This document shows, piece after piece, positions 30,994 to 44,926 of a DNA stretch of 64,000 nucleotides. This stretch comes from the human T2T-CHM13v2.0 reference genome, Homo sapiens: the NCBI RefSeq assembly GCF_009914755.1, contig NC_060932.1. One strand, written 5' to 3'. Position numbers and translations under genes: made by a program. The first letter of the stretch is position 1. The number at the start of each line of letters is the position of its first letter. The notes under the pieces are model-generated. The model had not been told where the DNA came from and ran no database searches. It worked only from the letters and a program-made list of their open reading frames with translations.

Positions 30994-32019
30994 CTCTAAG
31001 CAAATGCCTCTCAAGCTGCATTGTGGATACAAATCACCTGGGAATGATTTTAAACAGATGACTTTGATTCAGTAAATCTGAAATAGGCCTAAGATTCTGT
31101 GTCTTTATAGATTCCCAGGTGAAGCTCATGCTGCTGTCTTGCAGAACAGATTTGAGTCGTAATGCTCTAGAACAGAGGTTCTAGAGTACGAGGAATGTAC
31201 CTTCTCAGCTCCAACACAGACCTACTGGTTCAGAAACTCTGTGGATGGGATCCAGCAATCCATTCCTTATTGAGACCTCCAGGTAATTCTGATGCATGAC
31301 AAAGCTTGAGAGCCACTCATCCACATTATCCTTATGCTAACTGAAACTTGACAACCACTGTCTTCAGAGAGCCTGAAATTAATGTTCATGTTACATTCCA
31401 TTATCACTGATTCTCCTAAATACAATATATGTTGGTTGATCATAAGAATCAAAAGGGAAGGAGACACTGTATGAAATTGCCACTAAATGCCATGTTATTT
31501 ATTTTTCCCTTGTATCTTCAGTGTGGTGGTTTTAAAGACATAAAATTTCAAATGTGTCTCCACTGATTTAGTATAGTTTAGTATGTTACTTTTGGGGACC
31601 TCTATTTTCATGGCCGCACAAAATAGCTCCAAGTGCCATGTCATTTCTGAAATGAGCAACAGAGGGAGCTAGTGTTATAATAGTAATCCTCCCGGATAGG
31701 GGCGTTTTCACATTGGCTGAATTAATGACGGAATGGCTTCTTGACTCATCCTTGAGTAAAATGTTATTGTTTGGATTTATAGTTTCTACTGTCCGTGTTC
31801 GATACAGTCCCTTCCAATGCCGAAACAGCTATAGGTTCAAAATGACTGCCACCTGTAAGCAATTAGATTTGATTACTGTCAACATTCACAGACTTCCTTA
31901 CATGTTCAAATGAGGTTGAAGCTACCAGAGATTATGAAAACACAGATTCTTTTCTCATTAAATGTAAGGTTTTTGGGAGAAGGGGTGTTAACATAATCAT
32001 GAGAATAAATCTAATAAGA

Positions 32020-32407
32020 CAGAACAATCCCTTACCAGGATCTGAGAGAAACTGAGACCAACAGGTAGATGCTTCAGTGCATTTCCTAGAAGTGGCTATT
32101 TCGGTACGTGATATGATAGGAGGAAGCAAGCCATGTAATGCTGAGCTGAATGATGTCCCTTACTGGTAGCACCAGAAGGAATACAAACCGTTAAACATAA
32201 TTGTCCAATTTGTCAGCAGGAGAGACAATGTTTACAAAATGCAATGGAACATATTCCCAGAGGTGAAGAACCAGCACACAGATGGCAAGTAGACTATATT
32301 AGTCGGCTGCCGTTAGCACCAGGAAGATTTAAATGGGTTTTGACTGGCACGGATTCAAGACTTGGCTTTGCTTTTCCAGTCACACAGACTAATGTTAATA
32401 ATACAGT
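32020..32407 (+). mobile_element. ERV-L pol (RNase H end / integrase) fossil, left part; resumes at 34685-34790
   Basis: The frame at 32202 reads CPICQQ...IPRGEEPAHRWQVDYI...VLTG.D..LGFAFP. After the retrocopy it continues KGLKQNILYQFGLPIDISSDQ. Confidence 0.8.
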
Positions 32408-34672
32408 CGGGCTGGGGTAGGGAGGCTGACTGAGCAGGAGTCGTCTGCTTGTAGTGGAGGCTGCTAGGAGCCGGTCAGAGGGATTCATGCATAAAATTTT
32501 CCATCCCAACACTGACGACGCGTCAGGAACTGTGTGTCTAGATGTAATTAATCAAACTTGGACAGCTCTCTATGATCTTACCAATATATTTGAGTCCTTC
32601 CTGCCCCAGTTGTTGGCCTATCCTAACCCCATAGATCCTCTCAATGGTGAAGATGCAGCCATGTACCTCCAAAGACCAGAAGAATACAAGCAGAAAATTA
32701 AAGAGTACATCCAGAAATACACCACGGAGCAGGCGCTGAAAGAGCAGGAAGAGGGTACCAGGGACAGCTCATCGGAGAGCTCTATATCTGACTTTTCCAA
32801 AGATGAGGCCCAGGATATGGAGTTGTAGTAGAAAAAGCACCTGCTTTTCAGAAAGACTATTGTTTCCTAACCATGAGAAGCAGACTATAATATTCATATT
32901 TAAACACAGCAATTTTTTTATGACTAAACAAGGTTTTTATGAATAAAAGCATTGATATATATATATTATATATCACCCTTTAGATCTTGATTTCCTGGTC
33001 GTTTCTCAACCTGAGGTGCATAGCATATTCCCACATTCCATTTGGTAGCAATATGCGGTCCGAATGCATGCATTCATGAGTCCATGTGGCCAAGTCAGCC
33101 TGTGTGCTACTGAACTGTCAAAGGTAATAGCCGCTCTGATAGGTAGACGTAAGAAGAACGGGAAAAAAATCGCTTCTTTTATTGATGGTTCCAAAGAAAC
33201 AAACCAAACCAACCAGCTCTTGGATGTGAAGATAAAATAGTGCTTTTCTGAAATGGAAAGGAAAAACTTGGGGAGGAAGGGGCCTGCTGTGGGGACATTA
33301 GAGCCAGCCACATAAGAATCAGAGCTACTACTTCCTGTGAATCCTAGGTGGCCCTATGTCTTCTGTGGAGTTACAGTATAAAACAGGGAGCTAATTAGAG
33401 TATTAAAACTTAAAACCGTTTTTTGACTCTGATTTTCAGTACGTTTTTACATGTCGGTTCCTGCCCTTCACACTACCAGGCCCTGCAGCCACAGTGTTCT
33501 GTTGGAGAAACTTGGAGAAGTGCTTTCTGAACCGGTTCTTTTTCTTGGGGTAGAGCTTGTAATCCAGACCTGTTTTTCAAAGGACAGCACAAGAGGAGAA
33601 AAGTGACTGGGACGATGCTTCCTCTCATCCAAAACACGTGCAGAGTCACATCCTCATCCTAGTGTTTGGCAGTTTGAGACTGCTACCCTGAACTTAAGAG
33701 CTTTAAATATGAGAGTTGTGTTTTCGCGGGGGTGGGGGGGGGTATTTTTTTGGTGTGTGTGGGGGGGGGGTTATTTTTTTGGTGTGTGTGTGTGTGTGTA
33801 TTGTGCTTAGAAAGGTTGCAGATTTCATCTTCACCTACCAAGAGGCAGCCGCCTCCTTGGACAAGCCGCTCATGGACCTTTAGACTTGAGAAGACCCGTG
33901 TGGTGACTGCAAAGCCCTGGGTACTTGCCTTCATGTTTTGGTTTGGTTTTCCCTTTTTCTGCTGCTCTTGGCAGCAGCCTGATCATCATCTGCTTGTGGG
34001 AGTGGGAAATGGGTATTTTAGACCCAACACAGGTTCTAAATTTAAAAAAATAATAATTGGAGCAAATAAAGGTTCTTGTACCCAGAGTGATTCTACATGG
34101 GAAAAACAAACCAGCTTTTTTTCAGAGAGTGACCGAATAGGAAGAAGGGATTCAGAAATATGATGTAGTAGAACATGCCCTGCAGGAAGAAAATGTGTTC
34201 TCTCCTGTGTATGTTAAGAGGAAATCAGTTTAAAATGCCTGCTAATCAAATGTTGTCTCAGCTAACCGTATGTCCAGGTTGCTGCAGAGTTTCTTTCAAA
34301 TCTGAGTGTTGCCTGCTGAACTCAGATGGGAGTTTGAAGAAATTTTAGACAGCAGCTCTGTATTCTTTTTTTGCTGCAGCCAATAAGATAATAGCAGAAT
34401 TTGCCAATCCTAAGACCTTCTGAAGACGATTTTTGAGCATCCCACTGGGATTATTTAATTTTTCTTTTTGACGTGTGTTTTTAGTTTGGAAATGCTGTAT
34501 TCCACAAGGTTTAAGTCAGTGAGGTTGGAAGATGCCCTATCTTTTTTATTGAAAAAGCACAATCAATCTTTTGTTTGAAAATCTATATAAAGTACAACTT
34601 GCTTTTAGCATGATTATTTTCCTAAATAAAAAGACAAAGAATTTACTTACTTTATGTAAAAAAAAAAAATAA
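32408..34672 (+). pseudogene. UBE2HP1: UBE2H processed pseudogene (3' part of CDS plus about 1.8 kb 3'UTR)
   Basis: Intronless [13 protein letters not shown]...[12 protein letters not shown]...DEAQDMEL is the UBE2H C-terminal region. AATAAA 34625-34630, A-tail 34658-34669, TSD TAATAATACAGT (32396-32407 / 34673-34684). The symbol is from recall; the parent assignment is firm. Confidence 0.92.
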
Positions 34673-35249
34673 TAATAATACAGTTAAAGGATTGAAACAG
34701 AATATACTGTATCAATTTGGCCTACCAATTGACATTTCTTCTGATCAAAGAAACAATTTCCTGGCACATTCTGCACAGTACTAGGCAAAGTACCCAGGGC
34801 AGTGAATACTCAGTAATGTTTGCAGATGTAGGAAGAGATGGATGGAGAACCGAATGACTGGTTGAATTGACAGATTAAAAGAGGTAGTTGAAGTCTAATG
34901 AAGGCATTATCAGTGTGAATGAAAGAAAAAGACAAACTAGAGAAACATCACATAGGTAGAATCTTAGGGTTTGATAATTGTTTGGATATAGAGGTCAGCA
35001 AAACAAAAATGGCTGATAAAAGAGAGATGGTATCTTGAACATTAATAAAAGAATCAGAAAGCTAATTGAGTTTGGAAGGAAAGCTAATTCAGTTTGGAAA
35101 AGACGAGTTTCATTTTAGACTTTAGAGATATTAGGATAGTTTAGATAGATGATGTCAAAGGTGATATATTCAATTATAATTTTACTGATCTGTTCAATAA
35201 TCATTTATCAAAGACTTGAGGGTTCTAGGCACTGGGTTACAGGCTGAGT

Positions 35250-36580
35250 ATAATAAGTGCCAACATTTGTTGAGTACTTATACAGTAGGCATTTCTTGGT
35301 GCTGGGAATGGGGCAGGGAACTTAGATGAAACTTAGATCCTAGTGGGGGTAGACAGAAAATAAAATTAATAAGTAAAATATATGCTATTAGATGGTGATA
35401 TGTAGAAAAGGAAAGCCAGAAGGTGGGATAGAAAAGGTTAGGGTTAAGTACTTTCAATTTTAAATGAAGTAGTTAGGGAAGGCCTCACCAAGAAAGTGGC
35501 ATTTGAACAAAGACCAGAGCAGATAAAGAAGCAAAGGTATCAGGGAAACAAATGTTCCAGGCAGAGCAGCAAGCAGCAGTATGAACACTAAATGCAAAGG
35601 CCCAAGGGTAGGAACATGCCTGGAGCATGGGAGGAATGGTTAGAAGGTAGGTGTTTCTGCAGCAGGGGTAGAGTAGAAGGATGTAATGTCAAGGTGGTAG
35701 CAGAGACCAGCTCCTGTAGGCATTTTAGGCTGCTGAGATGATTTTCGTGGAGGAGTGATATGACCTAACCTAAGTTCTAGTAGTATCAGCCAGGCTTCTG
35801 TTGGAAATGATAATTAAAAGGGAAAGAGCAGAAGCAGTTGAGAGGCTAATCCAGCTAATCCAGACAAGAAATGATGGTGGTTGGGACCAGGTTGATAGCA
35901 GTGAGGTGGAGAGCATTGGTTGTATTCTGGGTATATGTTGAAAGTAGGGCCAACACAATTTGTAGATTGATTGTGGAGCATGAGAAAAAAGAGTAAAAGA
36001 TGATTCCAACATTATTTACCCTGAGTAATTCCAAGAATGGTGTTATACCTGGCTGAAGATGAAGAAGGCTGAGAAGGAGTTTGTGAGAAGTAAGGATTGG
36101 GAGTAGTTTTAAACATGTTAACTGTGCAATACTCATTAGACAATCCAGTGAAGTTAGAGAAGCCTGTTTTATATGAGTCTGGAGTTCGGGAGAGAATTCT
36201 GAGTGGGAAATCCAAATGCGAGAGTTGTCCTGTACAGATGATGTTTGCAGCCTGAAACTGATGATCTCTTGGTGATCTCATCGAGAGAGTCAGTGTAGAG
36301 AGAAAAGGAGATCAAAGGCTTAAGCTTAGGTCCAACATTTAGGGTCAGAGAAAACTATAGGAACAAATAAGGGAGTGATCATCAAGGAGTATACTAAAGG
36401 GAGACATGTATGCAAATAAGCCTCAAGTGTATTTGTACTATAGAGGGGTTCAAAGGAGAGAGAGAGGTCAAGACTACCGAACAAATGAAGGATCAAGAAA
36501 GGTTCGTTAGAGAAAGACTCACTGGAAGTGGGGGGAGGATGAGGATTTTCCAGACAGAGAGAAATGACATTAACCAATCC
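35250..36580 (-). mobile_element. LINE-2 (ORF2 3' region); further L2 pieces at about 34790-35240, 36840-37790 and 38250-38900
   Basis: ORFs 35770..36012(-) and 35855..36136(-) (KLCWPYFQHIPRIQPML; NLVPTTIISCLD) resemble the L2 ORF2 C-terminus. Confidence 0.75.
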
Positions 36581-36584
36581 AGTT

Positions 36585-36830
36585 CGTTGTGGTAGGGTGG
36601 TCAAGAGTAACGACTCTGGAGCCAGAGTGCCTGGATTTGAATCCTGGCTCTGCCAGTTACTAGATGTGTAATGTTGGTTGAATCACTTAACCTCTCTGGG
36701 CCTCAGTTTCCTCATCTATAAAATGAGGATAATAATACATACATAGGGTTGTTATGAGGATTAAATAATAAAATATTTGTAAATTTCTTAGACTACATGA
36801 CACTCTGCATGTTATACATAAGTTTTAGTT
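36585..36830 (+). mobile_element. MIR
   Basis: CTCTGGAGCCAGAGTGCCTGGATTTGAATCCTGGCTCTGCC...CCTCAGTTTCCTCATCTATAAAATGAGGATAATAA. Confidence 0.9.
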
Positions 36831-37796
36831 AAATCTATAGAGATTTGGAACTTTATGGAACAATTTGGAAATTACAGTGGTTGGGGTGTAGAGTAGGTAG
36901 AGAGAGGAAATGGTGTCTAAGGCTGGAAATGCAGACAAGGGCCAGCTCACGGAGACTCTTCATGTTATGGAAAATAATTTGAACTTTTCCAGTAAGCATT
37001 TGGTCAGATTCATGTTTTTGAAACACAATTCTAACAGTAGGGTGAAGGTTACCGAGTGATAAGATGAGATGAGAGGCCAAGTGATGAAACTGAGATTGTG
37101 TGACAAGAAAGAAGGTGTGAACAAAATGGAGAGTGTTAAGCAGATACAATCGACAAGGCTTGGTCACCAGTTAAATGTGAAGAATGAGGAAAATTACAAA
37201 GGCTGAAATGACTTCCAGATTTTCTATTGCATTACTGGTTAGCTGATAATCCATTTTGTTAGAAGGAATATAGGAGGTAGAACATGTGTTAAAGACAGAT
37301 AATACTCCTATTTTGTGAATGTGGGTTTGAGTACATCTGTGACATTCTGGTTGAGATGTTCTGGCACCATAGGAAATGGAAACATGGAATGTGATCTGAT
37401 ATAAGGCTGTGACTACAGGAGAGGAGTCCAGGCTAGAAATATAGATTCAGAAGTCATCATCATGCTGGTGGTTGGAGGAGTCATAAAATTGGAAGGGATG
37501 TCTCAGGAATCCTGTATAGAATGAGAAAGCCAAAGCAGAGTCCTACAAAGCATCAGCACTTGGAAATGAGGTGGCTGAAAAGGAAGCAAAACTGTTACAG
37601 AGGTAGAAGCAACACGAAAGAGAAGCCAAGGAAGAGGGAATATCAAGGGAGATAAGGACTGGAAGCCAAATGTTGCATAGAGAAAGGTCAAGGAGGGTGA
37701 GGACAAAAGAGATTTCGTTAAGTGTGGCAATTATGAGATCACTGGCTCTCCACCAGAAAGGCGAAGTGCTGAAAGCAGGAAGCTAATTACAATGGG

Positions 37797-38242
37797 TGTA
37801 GCAGACACAGTTGGTGCCCCTCCCATATTTCTTTGGCATTCACTATTTCCAACCTTGCCAATGGCATCCTACAGAAAGCACCTGCTACTTTCTATGAGGG
37901 CTTTGTCATCAGCAAGAGCCCAGCCTTGTCTTGGAGCTGGCCAGATGTGCCAGAGTTAATGGCTGCAGGAGCAGCCCACAGTGATTTAAGATGTGAGTAC
38001 CCCAGTATTCCTCTCCCAAGGAGAAATCACTCTTCAGATTTGTTTGACAGTTTCCCAAAGATGCCAAATGAGATTCAAATCCCAGTCTCCCACAATAGTA
38101 ATCTAAGATAAACACATTCTATATTGACTTTTTTCCTACCTTGACTCACTTCCCTTTCTCCTAGCAAAGATTATCCCCCAAGTAAACTGCTCCCATCAAA
38201 TTCTTATCAGAGCGTGTTTCTGGGTGTGCCCAACTTATGACA
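37797..38242 (+). mobile_element. LTR16-family (ERVL) solo LTR
   Basis: TGTAGCAGACAC...GAGATTCAAATCCCAGTCTCCCACA...CCCAACTTATGACA. Confidence 0.7.
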
Positions 38243-39078
38243 AAAGGTTATAAAAGTTTTAAGAGGTGAAGATAAAAAAGAATTAAAATATTTAAACTTG
38301 GTTATGAATGAAAAAAGATAGGACCATAACTAGAAGATGACATAGAATCACGAGACATTTTTTCTTTATGTCATGGGAGAAGCAAGTTTATATACTGAGC
38401 GGACAGAAACTATAGGAAGGGGTGAGGGTGTAGGAGAAGTGATGCTCTAGTGGAGCATGGTCCCTGGGATAGGTGGAAGGCATGTGGTACCACAAGGAGG
38501 GGTTAAGAGTTGAGGAAGAGGGATGCCTTTTTATTAAGTAAACAGAAAGGAGAGAAGATGGTTACAGTAACAAGTAAGAGCACAGTTGTGTATGAATGTT
38601 CTGGTGGCCAGAGAGCAGAAAGGGAGCTCATTTACTAACTGTGAGGTAGATTGGGGTGACAGTGTAAGTCTATTGGGCAAGAAAAATGATAGAAGATGCA
38701 GGCAAATAGAATGCCCTCATTTAGGTGGCAAATAGAAGACGAGAAAAATTTAGAGAGATAAATCAAGAAACAAGTAACATAGTAACATGGAAACCAAGAA
38801 GGAAAAATTTTAAAGGAGAGAGTGATCAAAGTGTCCAATTTCTTGAATGAACATCAGTAATTTTGGAAAAGAATTTCTTTTGGGTCCATGGAATAGAAGC
38901 TATCTACTTAAAGGATAAAAGAGTAAGCGGATAGGGAAAAAAAATAGAGAATGGCAAACAGATGAGACCTTGACCAGAAGATAATTCCAAAATATGGATT
39001 CACATCAAGTTAATGGAGAAAGAACCCAATGGTATTTCCATGCATACCAAGATACCTGTATTTAGAACTCTTTAGATA

Positions 39079-39158
39079 TTTGGTTGCATTATATGAAATT
39101 TCCCAGATTTGACCATTTTTAACCTACAAAAATGTCAATTTCATATGATTTGACCTAA
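39079..39158. mobile_element. MADE2 mariner MITE (80 bp)
   Basis: Imperfect palindrome TTTGGTTGCATTATATGAAATT...AATTTCATATGATTTGACCTAA with TA duplication. Confidence 0.8.
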
Positions 39159-39436
39159 TATTCACAAATATCATAGGGAAATTTTTTACTGACCAGAACT
39201 CAGATTCTTAGGTTCCCTGTGTCAACTATCAACTAAGTCTATTGTGAATACTTAAGGCATAAAACTGCCAAGAATACTATGCAGTTAGCAAAACACCATG
39301 GATGAAAGATAGTGAATGAAAGATAATGAAAATTGACAAATTATTGATTTTATTTTTAGTATTTGTTAATAACATATGTTCTACCAAAAGAATAATAATT
39401 TCTATAACAGAGTATTAGAAATAAGCAGCTTTCTGA

Positions 39437-39751
<315 letters not shown>

Positions 39752-41111
39752 AGAAATAAGCAGCTTTCTTTTTTCTGGATTTTCACAAATACTCTAAAAA
39801 TAAAATAAAAATATCTCTCTAGAACCTTTAGTTTTTAATTGGAGAATTTTTGAGAGTGAAATGGCTAGAGCAGAATGAAACTCTGAATGGTGATTTATCA
39901 GCTAGAGACATCATTGAGTGAAAACAACTTTAGTGAACTTGATTATTTTGGTTCTTACTCCTTGCTTCAGTAATTTTTTTCTCAAATTTAATTGCTTCGA
40001 GGCCAATGATGAAGGGTGTGTAAAATGCAATTTAACAGATGAAAAATACCTCCTGTGATTTGATATTAAGCAGGAGTGATGGAGTGTAACATTAAAAAAT
40101 GGTATCAGAGGTGCATATTCTGCATTTCACCTTTATTACGTCAATTTCAGGTTCTGGAACACTGGAATTTCACACATGCTTAATTAAATTACATCAGTAC
40201 CAATACTTGGAGCTCAGAAGAATTTTTGGAGAAAGTTTCAGAGACAAGGAACATGGGGACAATAATTATTTGCCCTTCTGGCTACTGGACCAGAGTATGC
40301 TCTTGAAGTCTCTTCCATCTGTAAATATCTGAATGGAATTCAAAGCTAATAAGATAACAGACATAACTGAGTGTATGTTGGGCCCATGAGAGGGAGAGTG
40401 GTCTATATTAACTCCTCAATCCTCCAACCCCTATAAGTGGTTTCAGATGCATGTATTTTTTTGAAGATGTAAAAAGACAAAAATCAGAGAGATTACTAAA
40501 ATATATTTTTTAAATTAAGAAATTAAATTCTTTTTTTCAAAGACAATGTAATAGCTCTAATTATATCTATTTTATAGATAAGAAACTAAGGCTTTAGGAT
40601 ATTAATACTTAAGCTGTATACTGATGGTCATACAGTTGATACCCAAGCTCTATCTCTAACACATCATGCACTAAATTCCTGTTCTCAATGTTCCTTAAAA
40701 TGGATTATGTGACTCTGCAGGAATTATATATTTTCTTCCCTTGTCCCTGTTTATGTTAACAATCATGCTTTCTTTCTTTTTTTTGTCCCTTCTACAGCTC
40801 ATGCCCTGGCTTCTTTTCTCCACTTTATCCTTCCCTAGAGGCATTCTAGGATAAAAATGAAAGACGTTAAAGGAGTCTGAAGTCCTCTTAGGGGGGACAT
40901 TAGTTATACTGTGGTTCCAGGAGAGCCTTGAGGGTGTAATGGCATACTGGTTAGCTCAGGTGCTGTAAAAAGTATCTGGGGCCACAGAAATTGCCACCTT
41001 CATACATTTTGAGGTAGACCAGTTATTTGCTGGGGCTATAAGGCTGTGATCTTAGAACATTTGAACATGTAATAAAGTTCTTGGGGACTAAAGAAAACCG
41101 GCATTTTCTGA

Positions 41112-42300
<1,189 letters not shown>

Positions 42301-43099
42301 TGAATCTGTCACCCCTGGGAATTTCATAAAAATATGGTGCCACATTTTTACATGAGTATAAATTAGGATAACATCATGGTATGTTTGCAAGTTTGAAATG
42401 AGTATGTTGCAAATGTTTATTAACATATTGAATAAGAAAATATAATAAAATTAAGTACAGATTTTTAAAAATTGACATTTTATGTTTGTTCAGTTTATTT
42501 ACATTGTTAACAAATAAGTTAGGTAATTCTATTCATAATAGTAGTTACCATTCACTGAATTATATATGGTGCTGATATATATACATGCATGCATACTTAT
42601 ATATGTATTATTGTCCCATCAAAATGGTCGTTATGATTTCCCTTTAAGGTGAAGAAACAGAAAGTGACTTGCTCAAGATTATACAACTAGGTGTGTGGCA
42701 GAGCTAAAATTCCAGCTCAGTTCCTTCCGGCTCCAAATTTCACATTTTTTCCACCCTACCATGCAGCCTCCCAAAGGAGCATTCAGGTTTCTTTCCCAGT
42801 TACATATCACCTCCCAGTTGTCAGTGTAACCTTGCAAAGTGAGAGGTCAAAAGGAATTACGTGGCCCCCTCAACATTCACTTCCTTAATTGCTGAGCTCA
42901 GCTAACTCTAGCTGTACTCACCTGAAAGGTAAAAATCAACAAAAACTGCTAAGTTATATTTCCTTTACCTAATAAAATAATTTAAGAGGACTCTTATAAG
43001 CCAGGATTAATAACGTAGGAAGAATTTTATCAAATCATTTGCTACTTTTTCCTGAGACACTTAAGATATTTCAGTTCTTCACTCATCATCCTATTTGCT

Positions 43100-44020
43100 T
43101 TTAAAAAAATAACATTTCTAATGAAAGCATAACACTAGGCAGAGAAGAATGCACAAATCTGTTATATACAGCTTGGTGAAATATCACAATGTGAATCTAC
43201 CCATATTGCCATCTTCCAGATAGAAAACTTTGCCAGCACTCCAAAGCCCCCTCATCCCCTTCCCAATCATTCCTCCTTCTCTCCTTCCCAAAAGAAACCA
43301 TTAACTTGGCTCCCACTACCACAGATTAGTTTTATCTATTTTTGATTTTTTAACATATAGGATCTTCAGGTTTTAATTTTTCTGTGTGTAGATTCCTTCA
43401 CTCAACATGTTTATCGTTGAGTGGTTGCAAATGGTCATATTTGTTTCATTATCATTGCTTTCATTATTCCATTGAATGAATATGTCACACTAAAAGCCCC
43501 ATTTTACTGTTGATGAACACTTGAGTTACAACCATGTACCACATAACAGTTTTGGTCAATCATGGGCCACATATTTGACAGTGGTCCCATAAGCTCATAA
43601 CTCCATATTTTTATTGTACCTTTTCCATGTTTAGATATGGTTAGCTATTACAAATACTTACCATTGTGTTTCAGTTGTGTTCAGTATTTACAACAGCAAT
43701 GTGTTGTATAGGTTTGTAGTCTAGAAGCAATATACTATGCCATGCAGCCTCGGTATGTAGTAGGCTATATCATCTAGATTTGTATAAGTACTCTCAGTGA
43801 TGTTTGCACAATGATGAAATCACCTAACGACGAACTTCTCAGACTATATCCCTGTTGTTAAGCAATGACGATGTTGCTTGAGTATATTTCCATTTTGGGG
43901 TTATAACAAAAAACCCTACCATGAACATTTTTGTACATGACTCTTGGTGTAAATATTCAACTTTAATAGATAATACCAAAGAGATTTCCAAAGTGGTTTA
44001 TCAATTTACTATCCACCAGC
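43100..44020 (-). mobile_element. L1ME-like 3' fragment hosting Tigger3a
   Basis: TTATTCCATTGAATGAATATG...CCATTTTACTGTTGATGAACA and CATGAACATTTTTGTACATG motifs. Confidence 0.65.
43529..43870. mobile_element. Tigger3a (MER7A) MITE
   Basis: CATAACAGTTTTGGTCAAT...GTGGTCCCATAAG...GTAGTAGGCTATATCATCTAG...ATCCCTGTTGTTAAGCAA. Confidence 0.8.
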
Positions 44021-44834
44021 CAGGCTTGGTAAGTAGGAATGGTTCCTACTCTACATTTTAGTCCTGAGTTTTAATGTAAGTTATTAACAAGGTTGGGGGC
44101 TAGAAAGAGGTATCACATCTGTCCTAGTGCAACATAGAGATGTTAAATATTGCACCCAGGATGACTCAGCGATCTCTCTGGACTTGGTCATTGTGAGCTG
44201 CCTCCTAGCTGCAAGTGTTAGCACACTAGCTAGGAGTGTTTTCTGGACCATTCTGTGAACAGTGGCAGTTTAATAACATGTGGCAGGGCACCAGTGGATG
44301 ATCTCATGTGTGAGTAACCACTCTGAAATCACCTTAGTATTGCTGTTGATTCATCGGTGTGAAAAAAGCAATATCAAAGTAAGCCATGTAGGAGGGTGGA
44401 GGCACCTAGACGTTGTGCTGTGATCACAGCAAAAGTTAACACTAGGGTCTTCCTAAGGCATCTGCCTATCATAGTGTTTGTTTGAAGTTCTGAAGACACC
44501 AGAACTTTTACAATGCCACTCTAGAAGGTAGCATTAGTGGAACTGACAACAGGTGCCTGAACACCTGACCCATTTCTTTTAAGTAAGTCAAAACCTTTTA
44601 TAAAGTTTGTTATGAATTCTAATACTCTTAGAAGTTCTTGTAAATGTTACCTACTTTTTACTTAGTTAAGAGAAGATCTGCAAGAGATGACAACTTCCCT
44701 TAGATAATTCTGGATACCAAGGACAATCCAGAAATAAGTGTGCAAAATGAAATAGATTTGTAATCTTTGGAAAGTTCAGTGAGTATGTGGAGACGGTGTG
44801 GAGAAACAGAGACTAAGATTCTTGAATTTATTTG

Positions 44835-44872
<38 letters not shown>

Positions 44873-44884
44873 ATATATATATAG

Positions 44885-44922
<38 letters not shown>
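44835..44922. repeat. Compound (CT)n(GT)n(AT)n microsatellite
   Basis: Directly visible. Confidence 0.95.

Positions 44923-44926
<4 letters not shown>

Noticed and set aside
33683-34163. 143-aa ORF and G/GT-rich tract
   Set aside because: Lies in the retrocopied UBE2H 3'UTR and is produced by low-complexity sequence.
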